A stretch of DNA of 24,153 nucleotides from Candidatus Bipolaricaulota bacterium. GTDB lineage: Bacteria; Bipolaricaulota; Bipolaricaulia; RBG-16-55-9; DRXL01. The stretch lies in the NCBI GenBank assembly GCA_025057405.1, contig JANWXV010000001.1:1-24153 (forward strand), in the 5' to 3' direction. How positions within the stretch are numbered: the stretch's first letter is position 1; every line of letters begins with the position of its first letter. The notes under the pieces were generated by a model that searched no databases, was not told the DNA's origin, and saw nothing but the letters and a program-made list of their open reading frames with translations. This document shows positions 8,174 through 17,574 of the stretch, piece after piece. A program made the position numbers and the translations under genes.

Positions 8174-8842
8174 ATGAATCTTGTAGCGCCGTATTATAAG
8201 TTCGAGAGCGGAGCCGCTGGGGAGATCCAGCTCAGCCCCAAGCTTTTTGGCTATCAGATTAATAAAGACTTGCTCTATCGCGCGGTGCGCACGTATCTAT
8301 TAAATCTGCGTCAAGGGACGCACGCGACGAAGACGCGAGGCGAAGTTGTGGGCACGGGGAAGAAGCCGTGGCCCCAAAAGCACACCGGGCGAGCGCGTCA
8401 CGGCATGAGGCGCTCTCCCCTCTGGAAGGGCGGCGGGATCGTCTTTGGCCCTCGGCCCAAAGAGTACGACTATCGGCTGCCCAAGAAGATGGTGCGCCGC
8501 GCCATGCAATCGGCGCTGATCGCCAAGCTGCAAGCCGCGCAACTGGGGGTGCTCGATAGGGTCAGCTTGGCCCAGCCCAAGACCAAAGAGGGCCTGCAAG
8601 CCCTCGGACGCCTTGGTTTTCCCAAGAACGACGAGAAGCTGCAAAACGAGCTGCTGTTGGTCGTGTCGCGCTCCGAATACGGCTTGGCGGTGAAGAAGAC
8701 GTTCGCCAATCTCCCGTGGGCCAAGTGCGTGGAGTCGAACTCTTTGACGGTTTACGATCTCCTAAAGTACGAGCATGTATTAATTACAGAAGCAGCGCTA
8801 GGCGAATTGGAAGCGAGGTGCGCGGTGGCGGCCGCGTCATAG
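8174..8842 (+). CDS. rplD: 50S ribosomal protein uL4
   Basis: RQGTHATKTRGEV, KKPWPQKHTGRARHG and GGGIVFGPRP motifs. Confidence 0.98.
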   Translation: MNLVAPYYKFESGAAGEIQLSPKLFGYQINKDLLYRAVRTYLLNLRQGTHATKTRGEVVGTGKKPWPQKHTGRARHGMRRSPLWKGGGIVFGPRPKEYDYRLPKKMVRRAMQSALIAKLQAAQLGVLDRVSLAQPKTKEGLQALGRLGFPKNDEKLQNELLLVVSRSEYGLAVKKTFANLPWAKCVESNSLTVYDLLKYEHVLITEAALGELEARCAVAAAS

Positions 8843-8845
8843 AAT

Positions 8846-9127
8846 ATGACCCTAGAAAATATCTTGCTGGCTCCGGTGGTGAGCGAGAAGGGCTGGAGAT
8901 TGCAAGAAGAGGGCAAGTATGTCTTTCGGGTCCACCCGGAGGCGAACAAGGTGCAAGTCAAGCGTGCGGTCGAGGGTGTGTTCAAAGTCAAAGTCTTGAA
9001 CGTTGCGATGATGCGGATGCCGGAGAAACCAAGACGCCGGAAGTTCTATCAGCGCGGCGCGATCCCCGGTTGGAAGAAGGCAATTGTGCAGTTAGCGCCG
9101 GGGCAGAAGATCGACGTTTACAGATAG
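8846..9127 (+). CDS. rplW: 50S ribosomal protein uL23
   Basis: PVVSEK, YVFRVHPEANKVQVKRAVE and WKKAIVQL motifs. Canonical position. Confidence 0.98.
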   Translation: MTLENILLAPVVSEKGWRLQEEGKYVFRVHPEANKVQVKRAVEGVFKVKVLNVAMMRMPEKPRRRKFYQRGAIPGWKKAIVQLAPGQKIDVYR

Positions 9128-9139
9128 GGAGCTTACAGT

Positions 9140-9979
9140 ATGCCGACACGAAAGTTTCGACCGACGACGCCGAGCCGGCGTCATATGGAACTGCCCGACT
9201 TCAGCGAGCTGACGACCGATCGTCCCGAAAAGAGCTTATTAGAGCCGTTGAAGAAGACGGGCGGGCGCAACAATACGGGCCGTGTCACCGTGCGCCATCG
9301 CGGCGGCGGCCACAAGCGGCGCTATCGCATTATAGATTTCTATCGGGATAAGATGGGCATCCCGGCGAAGGTCGTCTCGCGGGAGTACGATCCCAACCGC
9401 TCGGCGTGGATCTCGCTCTTGCAGTACGCCGACGGCGAGAAGCGCTATATTATCTCGCCGTTGCAGTTAGAAGTAGGCACGGTTATTGAAGCGGGCAAAG
9501 ATGTCGAGGCGCGTGTGGGGAACGCGCTGCCTCTGAAGAAGATCCCCGTGGGCACGCTGGTGCACGGGGTGGAGCTTGCGCCCGGGGGACGGGCCAAGGT
9601 CGCCCGGGCCGCGGGCACGAGCTGCCAATTGATGGCCGTCGAGGGCGGTTACGCGCGGCTGCGCCTGCCCTCGGGAGAGATTCGACTTTTCAAAGAAGAT
9701 TGTATGGCGACGGTTGGCCAAGTGGGCAATATAGATCATAAAAACATAGTGCACGGGAAGGCCGGACGAGTACGGCATTTGGGGATTCGTCCCACCGTGC
9801 GCGGCACGGCGATGAACCCGGTGGACCATCCGCACGGCGGCGGCGAGGGTCGTCACTATGTCGGAGGCCCGCCCAGAACGTTTTCGGGCAAGCCCGCCAA
9901 GGGTGTGCCCACGCGCAAGCCGGGCAAACCCAGCAGCCGATTGATCGTCACGCGACGCAACGGAAGGCCGGTGAGTTAA
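9140..9979 (+). CDS. rplB: 50S ribosomal protein uL2
   Basis: [28 protein letters not shown] and [13 protein letters not shown] motifs. Confidence 0.99.
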   Translation: MPTRKFRPTTPSRRHMELPDFSELTTDRPEKSLLEPLKKTGGRNNTGRVTVRHRGGGHKRRYRIIDFYRDKMGIPAKVVSREYDPNRSAWISLLQYADGEKRYIISPLQLEVGTVIEAGKDVEARVGNALPLKKIPVGTLVHGVELAPGGRAKVARAAGTSCQLMAVEGGYARLRLPSGEIRLFKEDCMATVGQVGNIDHKNIVHGKAGRVRHLGIRPTVRGTAMNPVDHPHGGGEGRHYVGGPPRTFSGKPAKGVPTRKPGKPSSRLIVTRRNGRPVS

Positions 9980-9983
9980 TCTT

Positions 9984-10268
9984 ATGGCACGATCGCTGAA
10001 GAAAGGGCCGTTCGTTCACCCCAAATTATTGAAGAAGGTCGAGAAGCTCAAGCGCGGCGAGATCTCCGAGATCAAGACGTGGTCGCGGGCTAGTATGATC
10101 GTCCCGCAGATGGTGGGACTGACCATCAAAGTCCACAACGGGCGGATGCACGTGCCCGTCTCCATTACCGAAGCGATGGTGGGGCATCGGTTGGGGGAGT
10201 TCGCCCTGACGCGGACTTTTAAAGCCCACGGCGGCGTGAAGAAGAAGCAAGCCCCGCCGCTCAAGTAG
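9984..10268 (+). CDS. rpsS: 30S ribosomal protein uS19
   Basis: [17 protein letters not shown] and [13 protein letters not shown] motifs. Confidence 0.99.
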   Translation: MARSLKKGPFVHPKLLKKVEKLKRGEISEIKTWSRASMIVPQMVGLTIKVHNGRMHVPVSITEAMVGHRLGEFALTRTFKAHGGVKKKQAPPLK

Positions 10269-10285
10269 AGAGAGCGTGTACTCTT

Positions 10286-10666
10286 ATGGAAGCCAAAGCG
10301 ATTGCGAAATGGGTACGGATATCGCCGCTGAAGGCGCGCCTGCTCACCAAGCAGCTGCGCGGCCTGAAAGTAGATGAGGCGTTGAAGCTGACGCGCTTCG
10401 GGCGCGTGAAGGCGTCGGAACCGGTGCGCAAGTGCTTAGAATCTGCGATTGCGAATGCCGAACACAATTATAATATGGACGTCGATGCGCTCTGGGTCAA
10501 AGAGGCACGAGTAGATCGCGGGCCGTTCTACACGCGCGTGCGCCCCGGCTCGCGGGGGAAAGTGGGCTACCGGCGCGTGCGCACCGCGCATATTACGATC
10601 GTCGTCTCGGATGGCCCCCGGCCCACTAAAAACACACAGCCAAGAGCCAAGGAGGCGAGCGCCTAA
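10286..10666 (+). CDS. rplV: 50S ribosomal protein uL22
   Basis: RISPLKARL, SAIANAEHN and RTAHITIVV motifs. Confidence 0.98.
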   Translation: MEAKAIAKWVRISPLKARLLTKQLRGLKVDEALKLTRFGRVKASEPVRKCLESAIANAEHNYNMDVDALWVKEARVDRGPFYTRVRPGSRGKVGYRRVRTAHITIVVSDGPRPTKNTQPRAKEASA

Positions 10667-10671
10667 ACGCT

Positions 10672-11352
10672 ATGGGACAGAAGATCCATCCGTACGGGCT
10701 TCGTCTGGGGATCACCAAGAAATGGAAGTCGGACTGGTTTTCTGAGAAAAAAGCCCCAGAGTACGTCAAAGAAGATTATGAGATTCGGCGCTTAATCAAA
10801 GAGCGCTATCGCGGCGCGGGGATCGCCAAGGTGAGCATCGAGCGTCCCACAGAGCAGTCGGTCTCTCTGGTGATTTATGCGGCGCGTCCGGGGATTATTA
10901 TCGGCAAGGGCGGGCAAGAGATTGATAGCTTTCAGAGGGAGTTAGAATCCAAGTTCAAGCGCAAGGTGAAGATCTCGATTAAAGAGATTGACAGTCCGGA
11001 TTTAGAGGCGGTCTTGGTTTCCGAAGACATCGCGGCGCGCTTGATGAATCGCATTCCGGCGGCCCGTGCCATGAAAGAAGTGATGCAACGGGTGATGACG
11101 CATGGGGCGCGCGGGGTCAAGATTCGCTGCAGCGGGCGCATTGGCGGCGCGGAGATCGCACGCTCGATGGAAGTGAAGACCGGGCGGGTGCCGTTGCAGA
11201 CGATCCGAGCCGATATTGACTACGGGCAGGCCGAGGCGCTGACGAAGTACGGTCTGATTGGGATCAAAGTCTGGCTCTATCGCGGCGATATCTATCGCAA
11301 GCGGGGAGGTGAGGCGCGTGGCGCTGTTAGCTCCCAAGCAGCGAAAGTTTAG
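10672..11352 (+). CDS. rpsC: 30S ribosomal protein uS3
   Basis: [33 protein letters not shown] and [14 protein letters not shown] motifs. Confidence 0.99.
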   Translation: MGQKIHPYGLRLGITKKWKSDWFSEKKAPEYVKEDYEIRRLIKERYRGAGIAKVSIERPTEQSVSLVIYAARPGIIIGKGGQEIDSFQRELESKFKRKVKISIKEIDSPDLEAVLVSEDIAARLMNRIPAARAMKEVMQRVMTHGARGVKIRCSGRIGGAEIARSMEVKTGRVPLQTIRADIDYGQAEALTKYGLIGIKVWLYRGDIYRKRGGEARGAVSSQAAKV

Positions 11353-11749
11353 AAAAGACCATCGTGGGCGGCGCACGGGCAAGGCGCTGGCCGGCTCGGA
11401 GGTCGCGTTTGGGGACTTCGGCATCCAAGCCGTAGAACCCGCGTGGATCACGGCGCAGCAGATCGAAGCGTGCCGCACGGTGATGGTGCGCGAGATGGAG
11501 AAGAACTCTAAAGTTTGGGTGCGGATCTTCCCCGACAAACCCATCACCAAGAAGCCCGCGGAGACCCGCATGGGCAAGGGCAAGGGCGATCCCATCGGGT
11601 GGTGCGCCGTCGTGAGAACGGGGCGGATTCTGTTTGAATTTACGGGTGTAGATCGGGCGAAGGCCGAGGAGATCTGTCGGTTGGTGAGCTACAAGTTGCC
11701 CATCAGGACGCGGCTGCGCGAGCGGCTGCGCCTGGGCGGGGAGCGCTGA
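11318..11749 (+). CDS. rplP: 50S ribosomal protein uL16 (GTG start, overlaps rpsC by 35 nt)
   Basis: GGAGGT SD at 11305-10 lies 7 nt before GTG 11318. (M)[24 protein letters not shown] and ETRMGKGKG motifs. Confidence 0.97.
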   Translation: MALLAPKQRKFRKDHRGRRTGKALAGSEVAFGDFGIQAVEPAWITAQQIEACRTVMVREMEKNSKVWVRIFPDKPITKKPAETRMGKGKGDPIGWCAVVRTGRILFEFTGVDRAKAEEICRLVSYKLPIRTRLRERLRLGGER

Positions 11750-11751
11750 TT

Positions 11752-11961
11752 ATGAGCAAACAGGCGGCGAAGTTGCGCGAACTGAGCGACGCGGAACTCG
11801 AAGCGAAGCTGCGCGAACTCCAGCGCCAGCTCTTCACGGTGCGGTTCGCGGTGGCGACCGGGCAGCAAGACAACACGGCGTTGTTGACGCAGACGAAGCG
11901 CGAGATCGCGCGGACCAAGACGATCTTACGCGAGCGTCGGTTGGGCATTCCGAGAAAGTAG
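11752..11961 (+). CDS. rpmC: 50S ribosomal protein uL29
   Basis: LRELSDAEL and KREIARTKTILRE motifs. Canonical position. Confidence 0.97.
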   Translation: MSKQAAKLRELSDAELEAKLRELQRQLFTVRFAVATGQQDNTALLTQTKREIARTKTILRERRLGIPRK

Positions 11962-11970
11962 GGACGCGTT

Positions 11971-12228
11971 ATGCCGAAGCGAGTCTTATTGGGACGGGTC
12001 GTGAGCGACAAGATGCAGAAGACGATCACGGTCTTAGTCGAGCGCAAAGTAGAACACCCGCTGTATAAGAAATATTATTTTCAGCGGGCGAAGTTCTACG
12101 CGCACGACGAGAAGGGCGAGGCAAAAGTGGGCGATCTCGTCAAGATTATTGAGAGCCGTCCGCTGTCGCGCCTCAAGCGGTGGCGCTTGGTGGAGGTTGT
12201 CGAACGCGCCCACCCCAGCCAGATCTAA
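11971..12228 (+). CDS. rpsQ: 30S ribosomal protein uS17
   Basis: [23 protein letters not shown] and [11 protein letters not shown] motifs. Confidence 0.99.
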   Translation: MPKRVLLGRVVSDKMQKTITVLVERKVEHPLYKKYYFQRAKFYAHDEKGEAKVGDLVKIIESRPLSRLKRWRLVEVVERAHPSQI

Positions 12229-12242
12229 CGGGAGCAAAGTTT

Positions 12243-12611
12243 ATGATTCAGATACGGAGTATTCTCAAAGTCGCGGACAACTCGGGCGTCAAAGAAGTTC
12301 GCGTGATCAACGTGATGGGGCAGCCCAGCGCGGCGTGGGGGAAGATCGGCGATATCGTCGTGGCGTCGGTGCGCAAGCGCATCCCCACCAGCGAGATCGA
12401 CAAAGGCGCTGTCGTGAAGGGCGTGATCGTGCGCACGCGCCAGCCCTATCGGCGCGAGGACGGCAGCTACATTCGCTTTGACGACAATGCCGTCGTCTTG
12501 GTGAACGCTTCGCTGGAGCCGTTGGGGACGCGCATCTTCGGGCCGGTGCCGCGCGAGCTGCGCCAGAAGAATATGCTCCGCATTCTCTCGCTCGCTCCAG
12601 AGGTGCTCTGA
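12243..12611 (+). CDS. rplN: 50S ribosomal protein uL14
   Basis: MIQ...VADNSG, DGSYIRFDDNA and GTRIFGPVPREL motifs. 122 aa from ATG 12243. Confidence 0.99.
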   Translation: MIQIRSILKVADNSGVKEVRVINVMGQPSAAWGKIGDIVVASVRKRIPTSEIDKGAVVKGVIVRTRQPYRREDGSYIRFDDNAVVLVNASLEPLGTRIFGPVPRELRQKNMLRILSLAPEVL

Positions 12612-12925
12612 TGAACAAGATTCGCAAAGGAGACACTGTCCGTGTGGTCGCGGGGAACGACAAGGGCAAAGAGGGCGAAGTGCTGCACGTCTTCCCCAAG
12701 GAGCAGCGCGTTATGATCAAGGGCGTCCAGATGATCACGCGCCATCTGCGCCCGTCGGCGAAGCACCGCGAGGGCGGCATCGTCCAACAAGAAGGGACGA
12801 TTCACATTTCGAACGTCTTGTTGATCTGCCCGGAGTGCGACCGCCCCACGCGCGTGGGCTTTCAGGTCACCGAGACAGGCGAGAAGCTGCGCCGCTGCAA
12901 ACAATGCGGCAAGACGTTTGACTGA
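12611..12925 (+). CDS. rplX: 50S ribosomal protein uL24 (CxxC...CxxC Zn-type)
   Basis: [22 protein letters not shown] motif and IHISNV. CPEC/CKQC pairs. Confidence 0.98.
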   Translation: MNKIRKGDTVRVVAGNDKGKEGEVLHVFPKEQRVMIKGVQMITRHLRPSAKHREGGIVQQEGTIHISNVLLICPECDRPTRVGFQVTETGEKLRRCKQCGKTFD

Positions 12926-12936
12926 GGGAGTTTGCT

Positions 12937-13467
12937 ATGCTCTACGAGCGCTATAAGAAAGAGATCGTGCCCAAACTGATGAAAGAGCTGGGCTATAAGA
13001 ATATTATGCAGGTGCCCAAGATCGAGAAAGTCGTGATCAATATGGGCATCAAAGAGCACGATGATCCCAAGAAGATCGAAGGGTGCGCGCGCGATCTGGC
13101 GCTGATCTCGGGGCAGAAGCCCGTGATTACCAAAGCGAAGAAGAGCATCTCGGACTTTGGGCTGACCAAGGGGGACCCGGTGGGCTGCCGAGTGACGTTG
13201 CGCAAGGTGCGCGCTTATGCGTTTCTAGAAAAATTCTTCAATATAGTGCTACCCGCGATTCGTGATTTTCGCGGGTTATCGTCGGATTCGTTTGACGGTC
13301 GGGGCAACTTTTCGTTGGGCCTGACGGAGCAGCTCGTCTTTCCAGAGATCAAATACGATCAGATTGCCAAAGTACAGGGCATGGATATTACGATTGTGAC
13401 GACGGCGAAGAACGACCGAGAAGCACGGTATTTGCTGAAGGCGCTGGGAGCGCCCTTCAAAGACTAG
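12937..13467 (+). CDS. rplE: 50S ribosomal protein uL5
   Basis: [32 protein letters not shown] and GMDITIVT motifs. Confidence 0.99.
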   Translation: MLYERYKKEIVPKLMKELGYKNIMQVPKIEKVVINMGIKEHDDPKKIEGCARDLALISGQKPVITKAKKSISDFGLTKGDPVGCRVTLRKVRAYAFLEKFFNIVLPAIRDFRGLSSDSFDGRGNFSLGLTEQLVFPEIKYDQIAKVQGMDITIVTTAKNDREARYLLKALGAPFKD

Positions 13468-13480
13468 GGAGGTTCTCTGT

Positions 13481-13666
13481 ATGGGTAAGACATCGTGGAT
13501 TCACAAGTCCATGAGCACACCGAAGTTCACGGCGCGCCGGGTACGCCGGTGTAGCCTGTGCGGGCGTCGTCGCGGGTATATTCGGGATTTTGGGATTTGC
13601 CGGCTCTGCTTTCGCGCCATGGCTCATCGCGGTGAGCTGCCCGGCGTGCGCAAAGCCTCGTGGTAA
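13481..13666 (+). CDS. rpsN: 30S ribosomal protein uS14, type Z (Zn-binding, 61 aa)
   Basis: CSLCGR...CRLCFR and [11 protein letters not shown] motifs. Confidence 0.97.
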   Translation: MGKTSWIHKSMSTPKFTARRVRRCSLCGRRRGYIRDFGICRLCFRAMAHRGELPGVRKASW

Positions 13667-13685
13667 ACTTCAGAGAAAGGCGATT

Positions 13686-14081
13686 ATGGATCCGATTGCA
13701 GATATGCTGGCTGCCATGCGCAACGCCAATGAGCGACGGCTGCGCGAGACGCGCGTGCCCTTTTCGACCGTGAAATTGGGTATTCTGCGGATTCTCAAAG
13801 ACGAGGGCTTCATTCAGGACTATCGTATTGAAGGCGACGAGAAGAAGCGCGATCTGGTTATCGTGCTCAAATACCAGGGCAAGCGCGGGAAGGACCCGGT
13901 GATTGAGAGATTGGAGCGGGTCTCTACGCCGGGGCGACGCGTCTATGTAGGGGTGGAGGAGATTCCGCGGGTGCGCAGCGGCCTCGGCGTGGCGATCTTG
14001 AGCACGCCGCGGGGCATATTGACCGGGAAGGCCGCGCGCAAAGAGCGCGTCGGCGGAGAACTGTTGTTGCGCGTTTGGTAG
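13686..14081 (+). CDS. rpsH: 30S ribosomal protein uS8
   Basis: MDPIADML, RVSTPGRRVY, ILSTPRG and VGGELL motifs. Start at ATG 13686 (the track start at 13590 is rejected). Confidence 0.99.
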   Translation: MDPIADMLAAMRNANERRLRETRVPFSTVKLGILRILKDEGFIQDYRIEGDEKKRDLVIVLKYQGKRGKDPVIERLERVSTPGRRVYVGVEEIPRVRSGLGVAILSTPRGILTGKAARKERVGGELLLRVW

Positions 14082-14101
14082 AGCACAAAGGGAGAGAGAG
14101 T

Positions 14102-14674
14102 ATGTCCCGAATTGGAAAGTTGCCCATACCGGTGCCCAAGGACGTCAAAGTGACGATCCAGCCCGATCGAGTCTTCGTCGAGGGCAAGGCGGGCAAGCTC
14201 ACCCAGCTCTATGAGCCTCAGTACGTGAGCGTGGAGATGAAGGACGGCACGATCGTCGTGACGCGCAAGGGCGACGAAAAAGAATTCAAAGCGCGGCACG
14301 GGCTGTATCGCTCGCTGATTGCTAATATGATTCGCGGGGTGCAGCAGCCCTATACGAAAGTTTTGCAGTTAGTTGGGCTGGGATATCGTGCCAAGCTGGA
14401 GGGCAAAGAGTTGGTCTTAGAGATCGGTTTTCACGATCCGGTGCGCTATAAGCTGCCCGAGAACGTCAAAGCAGAAGTCAAAGACCAGACGGAGATCACC
14501 CTGACCAGTCCCGATAAGCAGTTGGTCGGCGAAGTCGCAGCGGAGATCCGGGCGCTGCGCAAGCCGGAGCCGTACAAAGGCACCGGGATTCGCTATAAAG
14601 ACGAGCAGATCCGGCGCAAGGCGGGCAAGCTGGCGGCCGGGGCGGGGGCCAAGGGTGCGGCAGGAGGAGCATAG
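14102..14674 (+). CDS. rplF: 50S ribosomal protein uL6
   Basis: MSRIGKLPI, GLGYRA and RKPEPYKGTGIRY motifs. Confidence 0.99.
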   Translation: MSRIGKLPIPVPKDVKVTIQPDRVFVEGKAGKLTQLYEPQYVSVEMKDGTIVVTRKGDEKEFKARHGLYRSLIANMIRGVQQPYTKVLQLVGLGYRAKLEGKELVLEIGFHDPVRYKLPENVKAEVKDQTEITLTSPDKQLVGEVAAEIRALRKPEPYKGTGIRYKDEQIRRKAGKLAAGAGAKGAAGGA

Positions 14675-14677
14675 CGT

Positions 14678-15031
14678 ATGAGACTCAATCGCACGGAGCG
14701 ACGCCAGCGCCGCCATCGGCGGGTGCGCGTCAAGACGTTTGGCACCCCGGAGCGCCCGCGGCTCTCGGTGCACAAGAGCTTAAAGCACGTGCGCGTGCAG
14801 ATCATTGACGATACCGTGGGGCAGACGTTGGTGGCTGCCAGCACGCTGGAGCGCGAGTTGCAGCTCAAAGACAGCGCGGTCAAGAAGGCGCAGACGTTGG
14901 GGCGCGTGATCGCAGAGCGGGCGCTTCAGAAGGGCATTAAGAAAGTTGTCTTCGACCGCGGTGGGTATCGCTATCATGGGGTTGTGAAGGCCTTGGCAGA
15001 AGCCAGCCGCAAGGCGGGGCTGGAATTTTAG
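14678..15031 (+). CDS. rplR: 50S ribosomal protein uL18
   Basis: [17 protein letters not shown] and RKAGLEF motifs. Confidence 0.99.
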   Translation: MRLNRTERRQRRHRRVRVKTFGTPERPRLSVHKSLKHVRVQIIDDTVGQTLVAASTLERELQLKDSAVKKAQTLGRVIAERALQKGIKKVVFDRGGYRYHGVVKALAEASRKAGLEF

Positions 15032-15049
15032 TTAGAAAGAAGGGGTTTT

Positions 15050-15622
15050 ATGGCGAAGAAGCAGAGTTCGAGTGCTGCAAGCTCCGGGGCCGGCACGGGG
15101 CAGCGCACGCGCGCCCGTGAGCGCGAGCGGCGTGCCCCTGTGGACGGCATGGAGAACGAAGTGATCGATCTGCGCCGTGTGGCTAAAGTGACTAAGGGCG
15201 GGAAGAATCTGAGTTTTCGCGCTACGGTGGTCGTGGGCAACGGTCAGGGGCGTGTGGGGATCGGCAAGGGCAATACGCGCGAGGTGCCCTCTGCGATTCA
15301 ACGCGCGATTCACGATGCCCGCCGACGGCTGATTCAAGTTCCGTTGATCGAAGAGCGCACGATCCCTCACGAAGTGTGGGGAAAATTTAAAGCATCGCGG
15401 GTCTTGCTCAAGCCGGCCTTCCCCGGCACGGGGATCATCGCGGGGGGCACGGTTGGGGCGATCTGTCGGCTCGCGGGGATTCGCGATATTCTCACGAAGG
15501 CCCGCGGCTCGACCAACCCGTTGACGCTGGCGCTGGCCACGCTCGACGGGCTGAGGCGATTGCGCACGCTTGAACAAGTAGCTCAAGTCCGGGGCAAGAA
15601 ACCCGAGGAGGTCTTGCAGTGA
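15050..15622 (+). CDS. rpsE: 30S ribosomal protein uS5 with N-terminal extension
   Basis: RVAKVTKGGK, VVGNGQG and PAFPGTGIIAGG motifs. Confidence 0.98.
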   Translation: MAKKQSSSAASSGAGTGQRTRARERERRAPVDGMENEVIDLRRVAKVTKGGKNLSFRATVVVGNGQGRVGIGKGNTREVPSAIQRAIHDARRRLIQVPLIEERTIPHEVWGKFKASRVLLKPAFPGTGIIAGGTVGAICRLAGIRDILTKARGSTNPLTLALATLDGLRRLRTLEQVAQVRGKKPEEVLQ

Positions 15623-16209
15623 AGTTGAGCGATTTGCGTCCGACACCCGGCAGCAAGAGGCGCCCCAAGCGAGTTGGGCGGGGCAATGCCTCTGGGCATG
15701 GCACGTACTCGACGCGCGGCGGCAAGGGCCAGACCGCTCGCACGGGGTATCGCATTCCTCCCGGCTTTGAAGGCGGCCAGACGCCCCTGTGGAAGCGCAT
15801 CCCCAAGCGCGGCTTCAAGAACGCCCTGCGCCGAAGTTATGTGCCTATTAATATAGGTCAGCTCGACGAGCGCTTTAGTGAGGGGGCTGAGGTGACCCTG
15901 CAAGCGCTTGTCGAACACGGGCTGATGAAAAAGTCGGAGTCTGTGAAAGTTCTAGGGGACGGTTCGCTCAAGAAGCGATTGATTGTGCACGCGCATCGGT
16001 TCAGCCAAAGCGCTAGAGAGAAGATTCTCGCGGCCGGCGGTCAGGTGATCGAATTGGAGCCGCGGCCTGCTCCCGCTCCTGTTGCTGAAGAGGGGAGCGC
16101 AGCGTCTGCCCCGCAGCCCAAAGCAGCACCGGAGCAGGCTTCCCAAGAAGCGCCCGCAAAATCCAAGAAGAAAAAAGCTGTTGAGAAGAAGCCCAAAACG
16201 GAGCAGTGA
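15619..16209 (+). CDS. rplO: 50S ribosomal protein uL15 with ~50-aa C-terminal extension
   Basis: GTGA overlap with rpsE. KRVGRG, GRGGKGQ-like RGGKGQTAR and FEGGQTPLWKRIPKRGF motifs. Confidence 0.98.
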   Translation: MKLSDLRPTPGSKRRPKRVGRGNASGHGTYSTRGGKGQTARTGYRIPPGFEGGQTPLWKRIPKRGFKNALRRSYVPINIGQLDERFSEGAEVTLQALVEHGLMKKSESVKVLGDGSLKKRLIVHAHRFSQSAREKILAAGGQVIELEPRPAPAPVAEEGSAASAPQPKAAPEQASQEAPAKSKKKKAVEKKPKTEQ

Positions 16210-16212
16210 CCT

Positions 16213-17574
16213 ATGATAGAAGGATTGTTAGAAGCATTTAAGATTCCAGAGCTGCGCAAGCGCATTCTGTTTACGATCTGGGCGATCTTGGTCTTTCGCT
16301 TGGGGGCGTGGATCCCCGTGCCGGGGGTCAACCCGCAAGCAGTTCAGGATGTCTTTGCTCAGCTAGGGCAGTTGGGCGCGTTTCTCAGCGCGTTTACCGG
16401 AGGGGCGCTGGAGCGCTTCTCGATCTTTGCTTTGGGAGTTATCCCGTATATTAACGCTTCGATTATTTTGAGTCTGTTGGTTCCCATCATCCCCAAGCTC
16501 AAAGAGATCCAAGACCGCGGGGAAGAGGGCCGGCGCGTCATCAACAAGATCACGCGCTACGGCACGGTCGGCCTAGCCATCTTGCAGAGCATTGGTACGA
16601 GCTACATTCTGCACAGTCAGGGGCTGACGCAACCGAACCAACCCTTGTGGAACTTCATGCTCATCTCGGTTGTCACGCTAACCACGGGGACGATGTTCTT
16701 GATGTGGCTAGGGGAGAGGATCACCGAGAACGGCATTGGGCGCGGGATCTCAATGCTGATCATGGCCGGAATTCTCGCCGATTACCCTCGGTATTTTGGC
16801 CAGATCTGGTTCGACGTCACAAACAATCCCGATCCAGCAAAGTTCTTATGGATCCCGGTGATTATCGCGATGTTTGTGATTGTCACCGCCGGCGTGGTGA
16901 TGGTGCAACTGGGCGCCAGACGCATAGATATTCAGTACGCCAAGCGCATTGTGCGCGGGCGCGTCTACGGCGGACACAATACGTTTCTGCCCCTGCAAGT
17001 CAATCAAGGGGGTGTCATCCCCATTATCTTTGCCAGCGCGCTCCTCGCGATCCCCGCGACCTTCTTCCAGATGGCCCAAAATGCTGAGTGGTGGCCGATC
17101 CCCAACGAAAACAACCCCGGCTGGATCAATGGGCTGATCGCGTTTCTCAACTGGATGGCCGATCATTTCAATCGCGGAGCTGAGCTGTATATGTTTCTCA
17201 GCGCGATTCTCATCTTCTTCTTCACGTATTTTTATAGCGCGATCGTCTTTAATCCCAGAGATTTGGCAGAAAATCTGCGCAAGTGGGGCGGTTTTATTCC
17301 GGGGATTCGTCCGGGCAAGCCCACGACCGATTTTATCGAGTCCGTGCAGGCGCGCCTGCTCTTCATCGGCGCGGTCTTCTTGGTCTTCATGGCGCTCTTG
17401 CCCATGATTATTACGAACGCAAGCGGCTTCACGGCGATCTTCTTAGGCGGCACCTCGCTCTTGATTGTGGTCGGCGTCGGTGTAGATACGATCAAGCAGA
17501 TCGAAGCCCACATGGTCGAGCGCCAGTACGAGAGCCTCATTGAGAAAGGGGCGGCCTTCGGGCGGCGGTCCTAA
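16213..17574 (+). CDS. secY: Preprotein translocase subunit SecY
   Basis: SIFALGVIPYINASII, WLGERITENGIG, GGVIPIIFAS, GGFIPGIRPG and GGTSLLIVVGV motifs. Confidence 0.99.
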   Translation: MIEGLLEAFKIPELRKRILFTIWAILVFRLGAWIPVPGVNPQAVQDVFAQLGQLGAFLSAFTGGALERFSIFALGVIPYINASIILSLLVPIIPKLKEIQDRGEEGRRVINKITRYGTVGLAILQSIGTSYILHSQGLTQPNQPLWNFMLISVVTLTTGTMFLMWLGERITENGIGRGISMLIMAGILADYPRYFGQIWFDVTNNPDPAKFLWIPVIIAMFVIVTAGVVMVQLGARRIDIQYAKRIVRGRVYGGHNTFLPLQVNQGGVIPIIFASALLAIPATFFQMAQNAEWWPIPNENNPGWINGLIAFLNWMADHFNRGAELYMFLSAILIFFFTYFYSAIVFNPRDLAENLRKWGGFIPGIRPGKPTTDFIESVQARLLFIGAVFLVFMALLPMIITNASGFTAIFLGGTSLLIVVGVGVDTIKQIEAHMVERQYESLIEKGAAFGRRS

